Assembly: GCA_038496445.1 (NCBI GenBank)
Contig: JALMLS010000344.1
Span: 420,724 to 484,723, forward strand
Length of the DNA: 64,000 nt
Direction of reading: 5' to 3'
Origin: Trichosphaerium sp. ATCC 40318
Taxonomy: Eukaryota > Protista > Tubulinea
Part shown: positions 23,032 to 35,329 of the stretch, in pieces
Numbering within the stretch: position 1 is the stretch's first letter
How the letters are laid out: each line of letters begins with the position of its first letter
Translations under genes and position numbers: made by a program
The notes under the pieces: model-generated
Told to the model about the DNA's origin: nothing
The model's input: the letters and a program-made list of their open reading frames with translations, nothing else
Databases searched by the model: none

Positions 23032-25076
23032 ATGCAATTTCACATTAAACTGTAACTAATTTGTTGTACAGAGCGTTTTTTATCTTTGATGAGTACCATA
23101 TGGACGAAAGCGCACCAGATGACGAAATAATGTTGTATTTCTTTCCTCCCGAAACTGCATTGGAGCAACAACTCGATATTATGGGCGCAGCGAAGGCTAT
23201 GATGGCTTTCACGCATCATAACTTTTCTCAAGCCCAAACGAAAGTATACCACTTTGAAAACACTAAAATGACTGAAATGCGCGTTGGTGAGTACATTTTG
23301 GTACGTTGACACGCGTAATGAAAAGGCGTAGCTAACTTCGCAAAAAGGTGTTAACAGGCAGAATGACACATTCCGATGACACCCTTGTTTCTGCTCTTGA
23401 GTTGTTGTGGGACGCATTTCAATTTTATAATGGTACCACAATGGCTGTTGCTGGATATTTTACAGTGTATATAGGCTCTCTGGAATCCATTCAAACAGCA
23501 GCGCTTGACAGGAAAGGTTTACAACAAGAAGTATACGATAGATGCTTGTATCTGGTGCCCTTACTCACTACTTTCCACTCTTCTGGCCTCCCACTTCATA
23601 GAGCGATACAACAGACTCCTCTAGCCAAAGTATGACATTTGCTGTCAAAAGTATGAAAATCTAATTATTCTTCAAAGACTTCCACACGTTATTTTGTTGA
23701 AGCTTCTCAATTACTTTCACAATTAACGACAGAATTTCCTTGGGTTCTAGCTGGATGCATATTATATAATTACAGTGTTGTGCGTTCACCACCAACTATC
23801 TTTTTTTTATTTTCGAATTTATTTTAATCACGTGACAAGGTATGTTCACACATGGATATCCAAACAACGCGGTGGATATTTAATTTGACAGAAGCCCTCG
23901 GTTAGTACCCATTCCTTATAACTTATATCTTGCTTAGTTTTGTAGATAGGAACGATGAGTTACGTACTCAACCAAATGGTATATTGGAAGACACTATCTA
24001 CGAATATCCTACATCAGTGTACATAACACAAGAATCATTGCGCGAGTACGTATCATTAGCACTTTTCTGCGTAACTGATTACTAGATTGTACAATGAAAA
24101 ACTGCGCTTGTTAAAGTCATATCGGCCTTCTTTGTCGGAAAGTGCCAGTTTACCCACAGAAGACAAACCAGACCCAATTGCTCCTTGGTTCGAAGATGTA
24201 TTTAAACCTTGCACAAAGTATTTCAAATCAACACTTCGCTTAGGACACTATAAAAGATACAGAAATGAGATCAGTAGGCCTATATGTAGTCTCATTAATG
24301 CACATTTCCCTGGCTTTAATAGGTAATCTGGACTTCAAGCAAGATGATGACAAACAACTTAATAAGATAGTGCGTCGCGTGTTGCATATAATAAGGAGCT
24401 AATCGACCTTCTAGCGTGCCATTGCTAATTCCAAGTTATATAATTTGGAAAGGACCTTTACAAAATCCGAGTTAGAGATTGTTCGGTCGGATCCTTCCGC
24501 ACCTATCAAGCTAGCAAGGGTATACCCAGTTATACTTAATATTGTGTTAACGCAAAATAGTCTGAAACAATGAATGGCGATGATGGTTTTGCAATGGGAA
24601 GTAACCTTAAAAATTCGGTAGATAAAGATACCAGAAACTACAATTTCTTATGTTTTAATGAGCTTACGGAAAACCAATCTGGTACGCACCATTATTAGTT
24701 ACTTTTATACTAAAGGCATTAGGTTATTTGGGTATCCGTTCTGGGGAAGCACGAAAGAGCTTTTCAACAGCTGTGAACTCAGCACATGACATGTTTCGAG
24801 ACAAATCTATAAAGAAACTTATTTTAAGGTACCCATAACACTGCAAGTATCTCGGCGCATACTCACACCATCAAAATAGGGACCACACTGGTAGTGTTCA
24901 TTGCTGTCATTCGTTTGGTAGAGAGACTTTTTTTCAAGTACCTTCTCCTGGTGTTGCGTTTGAGAGGTAAATTGTCTTGCGAAAATTTTTTGTTATATTT
25001 CGATAACAAATACTTTAGAATTGAAGAACGTGCGCGAAGCACTTTGTACAAAGACCATAATATAACTCTCATTTAA
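23032..25076 (+). CDS. HPS4: HPS4/CCZ1-family longin protein (BLOC-3 subunit-like)
   Basis: N-terminal longin AFFIFD...MLYFFPPETALEQQL...WDAFQFYNG; C-terminus VYCCHSFGRETFFQ...IEERARSTLYKDHNITLI* resembles the HPS4 end. Confidence 0.7.
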
Positions 25077-25168
25077 CCACATAATTGGTTTCCTTCAAAT
25101 AAAAATATGTAGACTAGCAATTATCGTAGAGTTTTCAACAAGCACGATTTTTTTTAGGAATTAAGCAA

Positions 25169-26420
25169 ATGCTCAAGTTAGCAATCCCAGTACTAACAAT
25201 GGCATTGAAACACGACGTTGCGATCGAAGAAAAATGGAAAAAGTACGCCAGAGATAAATAGAACGAATTAGTGAGGTTATTTGTTGAAATTGCCGTTTAT
25301 TTGTTATATCGTATTTCTACTGCGTAGTGATAATAATTAGAGAACAACAAGAGTTGAAGAAGCAACTTATAAAGAAAGACGATTTTAAATGGAGCACAGC
25401 TGATAATACGCTTAAGCTAGTCGGTACAGCGACCTTTTTTTTGTTTCGGTTAATTCTCGTTAACTGGTTCGTAGGTGGCGTTGACATATCGTTCATAAAG
25501 GAGAGTGCTGAAGATGCTTGTGCGTCACTAGTTGTATTGAGCTACCCAGATTTAAAAGTGGTGTATGAGCACTGCAAAATGGTTAAACTGGTAGAGCCAT
25601 ACATTCCTAGTTTCCTTGCATTTAGAGAGGCACGTTGCAAGACAAGTGTCACATGTCATCTAATGCTTTTCTTTAGGTTGATCATGTCTCTAAACTTGGT
25701 GCGTTTTTTCGGCAATACAGCATCTGTTCTGACCAATATCAGTCGAAGAACTAAAAAAAAAGAAACCAGAGCTTGTACCACAAGTAATTTTTGTTGATGG
25801 TAACGGCTACTTGCACCCAAGAGGTACACCAAAACGAGTTCTTGTAAATTGTGTTTACCATATCTAGGATTTGGGTTGGCTTGTCACTTAGGTGTTCTAA
25901 CAGGAATACCAACTATTGGTACGTTGATGTTTGGTGGTAACACCTATATTTGTTCTCATGCACATTGGTAGGCGTTGGCAAGAATCTTTTGTATGTTGAC
26001 GGGTTGGCAAATGACGTTATAAAGCCGAAATTTAGAGCAGAGGTTCGTAAGATTTATTCTACAAGCACTGTTTAGGAAAACTGAAAGTCAAGTAATTACT
26101 AACACCTATCTAACACTCTCTGCCGTACAGACTAATGTCAAAGGAGATTATGTGTCTCTTATTGGAGACTCCGGCGAATGTTGGGGAGCTGTACGTGGAG
26201 TTTTTTTTATTGTAAATAGAAAAACATTGCTCATTCACCAAAATAGGCGTTTAAAAGTGCAGATAACATTAAAAATCCTGTGTACATTTCTATTGGCCAT
26301 AAGATCTCCCTTGCCACAGCATGTACACTCACGACCAGCGTATGTAATTATCGCATTCCAGAACCAGTGCGACAAGCTGACCTGTTGTCACGTAAATACA
26401 TTCGAGAAAATTGCAAGTGA
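25169..26420 (+). CDS. ENDOV: Endonuclease V (inosine-specific nuclease); start at 25169 or 25199
   Basis: [57 protein letters not shown] and RIPEPVRQADL. Confidence 0.93.
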
Positions 26421-27324
26421 CTTGACACCTTCTCACAAATGTTTATTGCTTTAAATAAAAAAGAAACTTGCTTTTGTAGTCAGGAAAGTAGTGGCACGCA
26501 CTAGAAGTTCTTCTACACTTGGAAAATTCGTAAAATGTTAAAATTTGAGGTTATAAAACAACTGTGTGGAAAATAGAAGGAAGCGTGATGGTTAGATTAT
26601 ACTGGTTTTTAACACGTGGCAACACGCGATTGTAAGCTACCCTCACACTGATTCACAGTTAAATTGGTTGGCTGCGAAAATACTTGGACCAAGTCCTATT
26701 GCTATTAGCAAATAAAGACAATAACTGTTATTAGCGGTTAAAACCCTTTGTTAGTGTTTGAAGCGGTATTGTGGTAACTATTGGCCGACCTATTTTAGGG
26801 TTTTCCGTACTTGGCTCGTTGTTTAAAAAATACACAAAAGAATCGTCAAATGCGGGACATAGGATTAGTGCGTACAGCCGAACGTCGCGCTCGGGGAAAG
26901 CCCAACAGAACATACTGCAAACTAAGTTGTAAACTTAAGTCGTACGAAGTTCGCACTTTTGGGTTTTAGACTCTCGGCTCGCGTTTTTACGACAAGAAAA
27001 AGGTAAATTCGAGTAGTAATCGCTATTCGCGTTTTGTTAGGCCAATTTCCTTCTGCTCTTACGAAGTAAAATAAACAAACTCGAAGGTACTAAATCTAAT
27101 TCGCTACAAACACATGCTTTTGCACCAGGCTTTTCTACACCCGCCCAAAAAAAAAAAACAACAAAAAAAAACGACTTGCTCCTTTGCTGGTTTATTTATA
27201 ACTCCTTGGAACAAGCGAAGCTATGCGGCTGAGGTCGTAATAATGTAGCCTCTCATAATCGTATTATAAAGCCAAACCCTATTAGCTTTCAAACCTTTCT
27301 TACAAATTTGGCAGTTACGGCGTC

Positions 27325-29256
27325 ATGGGGCAAGCGTGTACACGAAGCGCACCAAAAGACGCACAATGGAAGGCAATCGAGGACCAACTCAAAAAAGAAC
27401 GAAAGCACAACAGAAATAAGATTAAACTGTTAGTTCTTGGCACGTCTGCAAGTGGCAAGTCTACTGTTGGTACGTCAAAAAACAAAAAGAAAAAAAAATA
27501 TAGGTCAAACAAAACGCGACAACCCAATGGAGGCTCTGTTAGCTGTAATAACAGCGAAAAAAAATTCCTACGGGACAATAATTTATTTCAACAACGAACT
27601 TGGAAAAAGTTGTATTTTTCACCCCATCGCCAACGAACCTTTTCACTACGGTTTGCCCTGTGCCCTTTCGATGATCTCGTGTTGATTAATTAATATGATT
27701 TTAGTAAAGCAAGTGCGCATGAGGTATGGTGCAGAATTCTCACCATTTGAAAAAGAGAACTTCAAAACGATCATACAAGTGAATATATTCCTGGGCACCA
27801 AATTACTGGTAGAGAAAGCAGAAAAATTAAACATAAAGGTACAAAAACTCATTAAACAAACCCAAAAAAAAAAAAAAGCCTGAGAAAGTGGCGTGTTGGC
27901 CCCCACAAAATGCCTTGAACCTCCGCTCACTTTGTCGATAGATTGCAAGAAAAAACAAAAAAGCTGGAAGGCTAATTTGCGATAGTAACTTGTTCGCTCC
28001 CGGAGAGGTAAAGCCACTACTGGAGGCGTGTAAACAGTTGTGGACCGATACAGGTAACTTTTATCTAATCAACGGCAATTTAAACTCATTTTGGGTTAAG
28101 GTATCAGAAAAGCATACAGTAATAACGAAAAAGAGGTTATGATAGCGCATTATAAGTACGCTTTTTGCAAACGTTTAAGTTGGTTGCTCTATTTTTTTTT
28201 TGTCGCCCTCTTGCAGCATTTGTAGTTGCGCTTAAAAATATGCTTTCTGGCTCTAAACCTTCAAAATAGGCATTGGATGGACGACGTTATAAACCCTCTT
28301 ATGAATGATAAAGATTGGGTGCCCTCTGACGATGACATCGTATATTGTCGCCAACGTACAACTGGTATTGTTGAGACCGGTTTTCACCACAAAAAGTACA
28401 ACGTCCGCTTAATGCGCTTCTTTTCTCATCATTTTTGCTAGGTTTGATTGGTTACTCGTTGATGTTGGAGGTCAGAAAACAGAAAGGCGCAAATGGATAC
28501 ATTGCTTTGAAGGGTGTGTATAAATTTTACTTTTTCATTTACTCACACCTGGATGTCTTTGTAGAATGAACTCTGTGCTTTATGTCGCCGCAGCGGATGC
28601 ATGGGATAGCCCCAGCCAAGATTCAGTTGGCCTTACAAAAATGCAAGAGTCACTGCAAGTCTGGCGCGAGGTAGTACACTCGCCTTATTTTGAGAACACT
28701 TCAATTATTCTCTTCTTGAACAAAATCGACCTTGTAGAATCTAAATTACAAAATTGCAAACTTGCAGATACGTTTCCAGACTATCAAGGAAATTCCACAG
28801 ATGACGTACGCACATTTTTAATTGTATTCATTTTTTTTTGGATCTTTGTGAATTAAAATGTGGTGATTGAAAAGATAATCCGTATCGCATCATTTATTAA
28901 CCGAGAACGTTATTTAGGCTTTGCAGTATATAGAGGATAAATATTTAGCATTAGTTGATGATAGAGAACGCGATATTTCCAACATTTACGTGCATTACAC
29001 GTGTGCTGTTGACAAAGAGCAAATCCGTACGTAAAATATTTTCTGTACTTCTCAAACCCTTTTGGTAACCAAATTTTTTCTGTAAAACCATAAACCAGCA
29101 AGCAGCGCCATTGATCACCTCTATTTAGGTGTTGTGTTCGAGATTGTAATGGAGAGTATTTTCAGAGATAGACTCCGGCACGCCGGTTTAGTGGGCGATT
29201 TTAGCGTCCCATCCACAAGGAGCATGCGCACAGCGAGCACGGGCGCCACGTTCTAG
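27325..29256 (+). CDS. Heterotrimeric G protein alpha subunit (atypical P-loop, extended C-terminus)
   Basis: N-terminus MGQAC; G1 [15 protein letters not shown]2 CRQRTTGI, G3 [13 protein letters not shown]4 FLNKID, G5 TCAVD; stop TAG 29254-29256. Confidence 0.92.
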
Positions 29257-29534
29257 AAGAAGCACAAAAAAAAAAAAAAAAGACAAACGGCACATAGATA
29301 CCAAAAAAAAAAAATAAGAACCGCCGAAGTCACCAAAAGAAAGTGACACCCAACCCCTTGCGTTGCTATCTCCACCAACTTGTAATTTTGTAAGGACATG
29401 TACCATTAGCCACGGATATAAAGCAGAAAATCTGTGCGAGAAACGGCGTGACCAATTTTGCTTTGTGCTTTTTAAGCTTGTTGGTGTGATAACCCTTTGA
29501 AGAGGCAAAAAAAGTTGCGAATATACAAAACAGC

Positions 29535-31583
29535 ATGGCATATAGGTGTTTGAGATACACGACGTGTGCTTTACGCACAAAAGGCACCCAGGCTCGAAAA
29601 AGCGCTAAACTAAGCGTAAACGGTATACTATAAGCGTGTCAGGTGGCGTGAAAGGCTTATTGTTGTGTTTTAGGTTACAGATCGGTAATCAAAGCTCGCA
29701 GCTATTGCGCTGCTGTAAAAAAGCTACCAGAGAGGTATGTACTTAATTTACATGAGTTTATTACTTTTCTTCGTTAAATGCATTTATTGGCGCTCAAAGT
29801 TGCTTACTGGTTATAGCGCTGACTATATTGAATGTACAGACAAGGTTGCACCATTCTTACCACCAAAAGATAAATTGCCATCCGTACAGGTCCCAAGTAA
29901 TGTGCCAGGTACTTAAAAGCGCTGCAAGAAGCTTCATTTGTTCTATGTCATTGCTCCTTACGTGTGTCAGAATCTCTAAACATCGCTGAAAGCTTGCTAA
30001 AAGATAACCTACGCGATCCAGTGACTGGTACAAAGAAGATGCGAAATTATAGTAACAAAGCTCTCATCTACGACTTTCAAAACTATTCCTACCATGATAT
30101 GATTGCTGAAGTAGCAAGGTATTACATCTATAGCCCTGTTGCTCTGAAACTTACTTCATTAGATACGCTAACACAATCAAGACATACGGCTTAGCAAGAG
30201 GCGAGTCCATATTGGTTTGTATACCAGATTCGACCGAATTAATTTTTATGCTGCTTGGTATCCTAAAATGTGGTCTCGTTCCTGTGCCTATTTACGGAGT
30301 ACTCTATCTCTAATCATTGCATTAATCTAACTAATTTTGTAGTATTCTATTGAGAAAATCAAACAAGCTCAAAGTGATACAAACGCTAGAGTGTTGTTGA
30401 TTGAGGAAACTAAGATTCATCGTGATTTATATGATATAGATAATTTTGAAGTGTCAAGCATAAACCTACACCGCGAACCAGGTGATGCTCGTTACATTTG
30501 TACTCACACTACTAACAAAATTTACAGGTATATTCAACACAACATTGGATAATGTAAAATCCTATGGACGCCCTGCACCAACCAACTCAAATGAATTGGC
30601 ATTTTTGTTACCTTGTTCACGTGCGCTAATAATTTTGGTACTTTTTGCCTCTGACAATTCACTTTGCTAGAATCCTCTGCACAATCCCAAGTGTCCAAAT
30701 TTGTTAGTCACCCTCACTATCAATTAAAAGCCGCTGGTGAACAGCTTGTACAAAATTTTAAGATTGAAGATACCGATGTAGTAATGCTTGATGTACCAGT
30801 TACCTCATCAGATGGTCTTAACTTGATTGCTGCCTTCTTCAACGCTGGAGGTGAGTATCTTGAAAGAAACTTCTTAAACTTACGTTACAATAGCTACTGT
30901 TGTTTTACCGTATGAGAAAACTGCTCGAGGATACAAGAGTTCAACAGCTAATACACTTGCAGTCACTTCAGATACTCTTGAATCTCTATATGAATGGGAT
31001 AAGACCCAAGCTGGTGAGCGTTTCTTTAAGCTTTTCTTAATTAACCACCCCTAAGGTACTTTGAAGGATGTTTTATCTACGTACAAGCGAGTCATCGTGA
31101 CGGGTAAAGGTGCTGTAGAGGTAATAAAATATGAGGAAGGTTCGAAAATTAACCACGAAATGTAGGCTCGCCAAAAGTTGGTTGATGCAGTACCTGGTTG
31201 TCCACCAGTACTTATTTCGATGGCATCTCGTGACTTAGGTGTCAATGTTCTCATGAGTGATCCTACTGCACCAGAGAAGTTAAAGGCAGGTCCAGGCGTT
31301 GAGTTGCGTGTCGTTGAGAAAGATGGTACAAAAGATGTAGCTGCGGGCGCGGAAGGAAGACTAGTTGCCAAAGGTTTGTAAACATTGCTCTTCACATACC
31401 TAAAGGAGGGTTGTAGGACCTACTGGTGCCGTATTTTGGAATAGTCACGAAGAGCAGCAATCTAGGCTTGTCGATGGGTGGACTGGCATTGAAGGTATGT
31501 ACAAAGTGCGTGAACTGTTGTTAAACTAAGCCTTAGGTGTTTACAAAATGCAAGATGACCAAGTTCATATTGTATCTCAATAA
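29535..31583 (+). CDS. Degenerate ANL/AMP-binding (aryl-CoA-ligase-like) protein with a probable mitochondrial presequence
   Basis: Arg/Lys/Ala-rich N-terminus with no acidic residues; PESLNIAESLL, RYANTIKTYGLARGESILVCIPD...GILKCGLVPVPI, GPGVELRVV...EGRLVAKGPTGAVFW...GW. The protein ends right after the large domain. Confidence 0.72.
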
Positions 31584-31880
31584 ATGTGCCATGAAATCAA
31601 TGCTTTGTGTTAAATTGAATTTTATGTTTTGTGCCATAGCTACCTGTCATTATTGAGAAGACTTTATCTGCTAGTGTTGGCATTACGTGTTAGACTTTAC
31701 AGCAGTTATTACTTGTTTTGCGGAAAGTGGTTTCATCATTTTGACACGTGTCGTTTTGTAAAGAAATGGAATGCACGTACGAGGCGCGCTAGATCAACGA
31801 AAAAGGCATCTGGTTAACGAGTATATCCGAAACAGTCTAAGCTGGACTTAAATTATCACCAATTCACGTATATACAACTG

Positions 31881-33869
31881 ATGAGCGAAGCTAACGACGT
31901 AGGCAACCTGTTTTTGAACATTACAGTATGTAGAATAATGAATTAACAACTTTGTTTTCTAAACGTCGTAGTTACAACAAGCATTCGCGCAAAGTGCTAC
32001 GGACCGCAAATTACTTGTGATTTTATTACAAGGTTCGTAAGCTATTGTTTTTTACATCAAAGGTTAACAAATGATCTAGATTCTACGCAAGAGTGTGAAA
32101 ACCGAATAAACCTTCATGATTCTACGCTCAAAGATCCAAAAGTACGCCTTTCGCATCATACGTGCTACTACGCTACCTATTGCAGTGTACAAAGTGCTCA
32201 CACGACTTCTCAAGGTTCAAGAATTATTAAAAAGGGCAATTCCAATTGTTCTCGAGCGGCAGTCACCAGACGGAACAATGTGTTTCCAAACATGTGCGTA
32301 AAGCTTAGTAGCCTTTTTTCTTGATTGACACCAAGTTTAGTTCCTCCTGCCTCGTTACCATGCGTATACTTTTTCGCTAACGGCTTTCCAATGGGCTCTG
32401 TACATGGTACGCAACAAATATCTTGTTTTGTCGAAACTCAACGTTTGTTTTGATAGGTGTCATCACTCCAACAAGCTTTGAACAGCAATTCAATACTACA
32501 TTCGCTCAATACCAACAAATGCAAGGCACCGCTGCTTCTTCGAACGCTCCGACAGTTGCTCCAACTCCAACACGCCAACCACGTGCGACTAGCAATACAG
32601 CTGAGGTCACTAGTCAAGCAGCTGAGTAAGAACTAGATTCAAAATGGCAACAGTTGTACTTATTAAATATAGATTGACCGCATTGGCACGAAAGAGACTT
32701 GCAGAAAAAGCGCGCCAAGAAGAGATTGAGGCAAGAAAAAAGGAATTGAAGAGAAGAGAAGATGGGAGATTAATACAGCAGCAAATGAGGGACAGAAAAA
32801 GAGCTGCAGAGAAGCAAGAGGTAACAGAGCCCATCTTCCACGTTTTCAAGATTGACATCTTTGTAGCGAGAAAAGCGCAAGAAGGAAAAAAAGAAAGAAG
32901 AAGAATACAAAGCACAGCTCCTCGAGACCATACGTCGGGAGAAAGAGGAAAGGAAGCGTGTACGTTACTTTGTTAGATTGAAAGTTAGGTTAAATTCAAA
33001 ATTGACAATGTTTCAGAAGTTACAAGCATCAAGTGACCTAAGCAAACAAAAATCTAAGCCTATTGCCACATCTCAATCTCCATCACAAACGAGGCATGTG
33101 TTTTCCACAGACTGAAGCTTCTAACATTTTTTTCTTTTGAAGAAATTACACATCAACTACAATTCGATTTAGAGGACTAGGTGGCCACACAACCGTTCAC
33201 GAGTTTAAGGCAACTGATACTTTGGCAGATGCCAAGAAATTTATCGATGAGGTACTGTGATGATAGGACGTGCGAGAAAACGAGCTAATATCGTTAAATT
33301 AGACCTGGCAATATACTTCTAAGTATGCCATTAAGACATCATTTCCAAACCACACATTTACTGCTGATGAGTATGAGATGACTTTTAAACAGCTATCACT
33401 TGTACCACGTGCAACGCTCATTGTTACCGTACGGTGATTTTTTCGTGTTGTTTTCGAGACTCATAGTAGTAATGCTTTTGTTTCAATAGGAAGGCATACC
33501 AAACGTACAAGGGCAACCAACGAATTACAACACACAACAAGGAGGTTAGAGTTTCTTTAGAAAAATAAGCACCACTCTTACATATTGTTAGGTATCCTTG
33601 ATGGCGTGTGGTACGTATACAATGGTGTAACATCATCTCTTTGGTATCTTCTCGGGTATTCAGCAACACCTCCCGAAACTACGACACCACAGTACGTATT
33701 GATATGTGAATGACATTCTGCGGTACTCACTCTTGTCCGTAGGCCTTCTCAAGGGTATAATGCCAACTCACGACCTACCACTAGAGGGAGTAATGTGCAT
33801 AGATTACGTAGAGATAATAACACCGGTGATAAAGCAACCTGGAACGGGAACTCCACCCAGCAACTGTAA
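31881..33869 (+). CDS. UBXN4: UBX-domain protein, UBXN4/erasin-like (thioredoxin-like + coiled coil + UBX)
   Basis: UBX segment TTIRFRGLGG...FKATDTL...SFP...QLSLVPRATL and the hallmark C-terminus TWNGNSTQQL*. Confidence 0.85.
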
Positions 33870-34308
33870 ATAAAGACAAACACGTTATTAGTACAATAAT
33901 AGAATATTCAAGTATTGTCTCTCAGTACCTCAAACGAGCTTTCGCCTTTTCGCCTTGCTGAACCCGTAAACGCGCGGCGTTGTAATCCAACATTGTGAAA
34001 TTACCGTTTTGTTTGTGTGCACTGTGAAAGCAAGTACCGCTAGCTACTATTCGCTTTTACTACCTTGTACCACTGTGTTTTCCACAAAACCGATAAGGGT
34101 TTTTTTTTTTTTTTCTATCCAAAATCACGTGCGGAGTTTTAATTGTGCCCCAGATTTTCTGCCATTTGAAATTGAAAAACAAAAAAAGCTCAAAACCAAT
34201 TTGACTATTTTACAGTTGCGCTCAAGGCATTCTATTGTACATGGTTTTTTTGTACTTTACAATAAAAGAGATGACCTCTTTCGTGGGTTCTTTTTGAAGA
34301 GCTCCATT

Positions 34309-34791
34309 TCACTCGTTGTTTATCAAGAAAGACATATCCATGCGTGATTTAGTTGTATTTTGTCTAGCGCTAGCAACATGGCGTCGTAATGTCACGTAAA
34401 CCTTGTTTTTAGAACAATCGCTTAATATCAGCTGTTTTAGCTTTCTTGTTGCGTGAGGCCTCTTGAACGCCTCGCACTTTAGTGAACTTGAGGCTTTTGA
34501 AGTTGAAGATTTAGATAGCGTCGGTTGAGAAAATGAGTGAAACGGCAGTGTCTCAAAAAACACTGCTACTCGCTTTATCGCCTCTCCACTTAGCTGTGGC
34601 ACTTCCAATGGAAATAATTTCGCCCGCAGTGCGTTCATTGCTTGTAAAGTGCTTTGAGGCGTACTATGATCGCCGCCATCTTCTAGTGTGTTTGGTAGCG
34701 TAAAATCAAATTGGTGTGTTACGCCCGCCGATCTGGCAGCTTTTTGAGGTTTACAGCGCCAATGTTTTACGTGTTGTCTGTAGTCTGTCAT
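34309..34791 (-). CDS. Hypothetical protein (160-aa open segment, 5' exons unresolved)
   Basis: Long open frame in an otherwise intron-dense genome; no family recognised. Confidence 0.3.
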   Translation of the reverse strand: MTDYRQHVKHWRCKPQKAARSAGVTHQFDFTLPNTLEDGGDHSTPQSTLQAMNALRAKLFPLEVPQLSGEAIKRVAVFFETLPFHSFSQPTLSKSSTSKASSSLKCEAFKRPHATRKLKQLILSDCSKNKVYVTLRRHVASARQNTTKSRMDMSFLINNE

Positions 34792-35329
34792 TTGCTAATA
34801 ACGATTGGTACAATGTAGATATCGGCGAATATGAAAGGTGCGCTATCGCTTGTTTTGTGGATTCAAGAAAATAAAATAATCCTGACTTATCGTTGTCCCG
34901 ACGAACAAATGCGACACTACTAGTGTTGTACAACTAGCGGCGTCACTTGAATCTACGGCTGTTTTTAAAAGCCCACAAGAAAACCCAAAGTTTTTCCAAT
35001 TTGTAAAACAGAAAGCACCCCACGTGTTGAGTTTTGATTAACTTTGGGATTGTGGAAAACACCAAAAAAAAAAAATACTGACTAGCGTACGTCTTACTGC
35101 GATACTTCACACGCAGCGTTTTTTTTTTTTTTTCTTGTATGCCGGTATCGGTGCACATGAATGCTATGTGTAGTTCCTTAAAATTCTCCTTGCTAGCGCC
35201 AAAAGTAAGCTCTTGTAGTTGAGGCGTTCTTAATTCTACAATGCTTGTTTTGGGATTTGCGAATACTTGCGCTCCGCATCGCAATATATTTCTTGTCGCA
35301 AGTAGAACAGTGTGGGTTTGGAATCATCA

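Noticed and set aside
2571-29256. Functional clustering of the GPCR-phosphatase and G-alpha genes
   Set aside because: They are ~21 kb apart with many unrelated genes between; chance proximity is sufficient.
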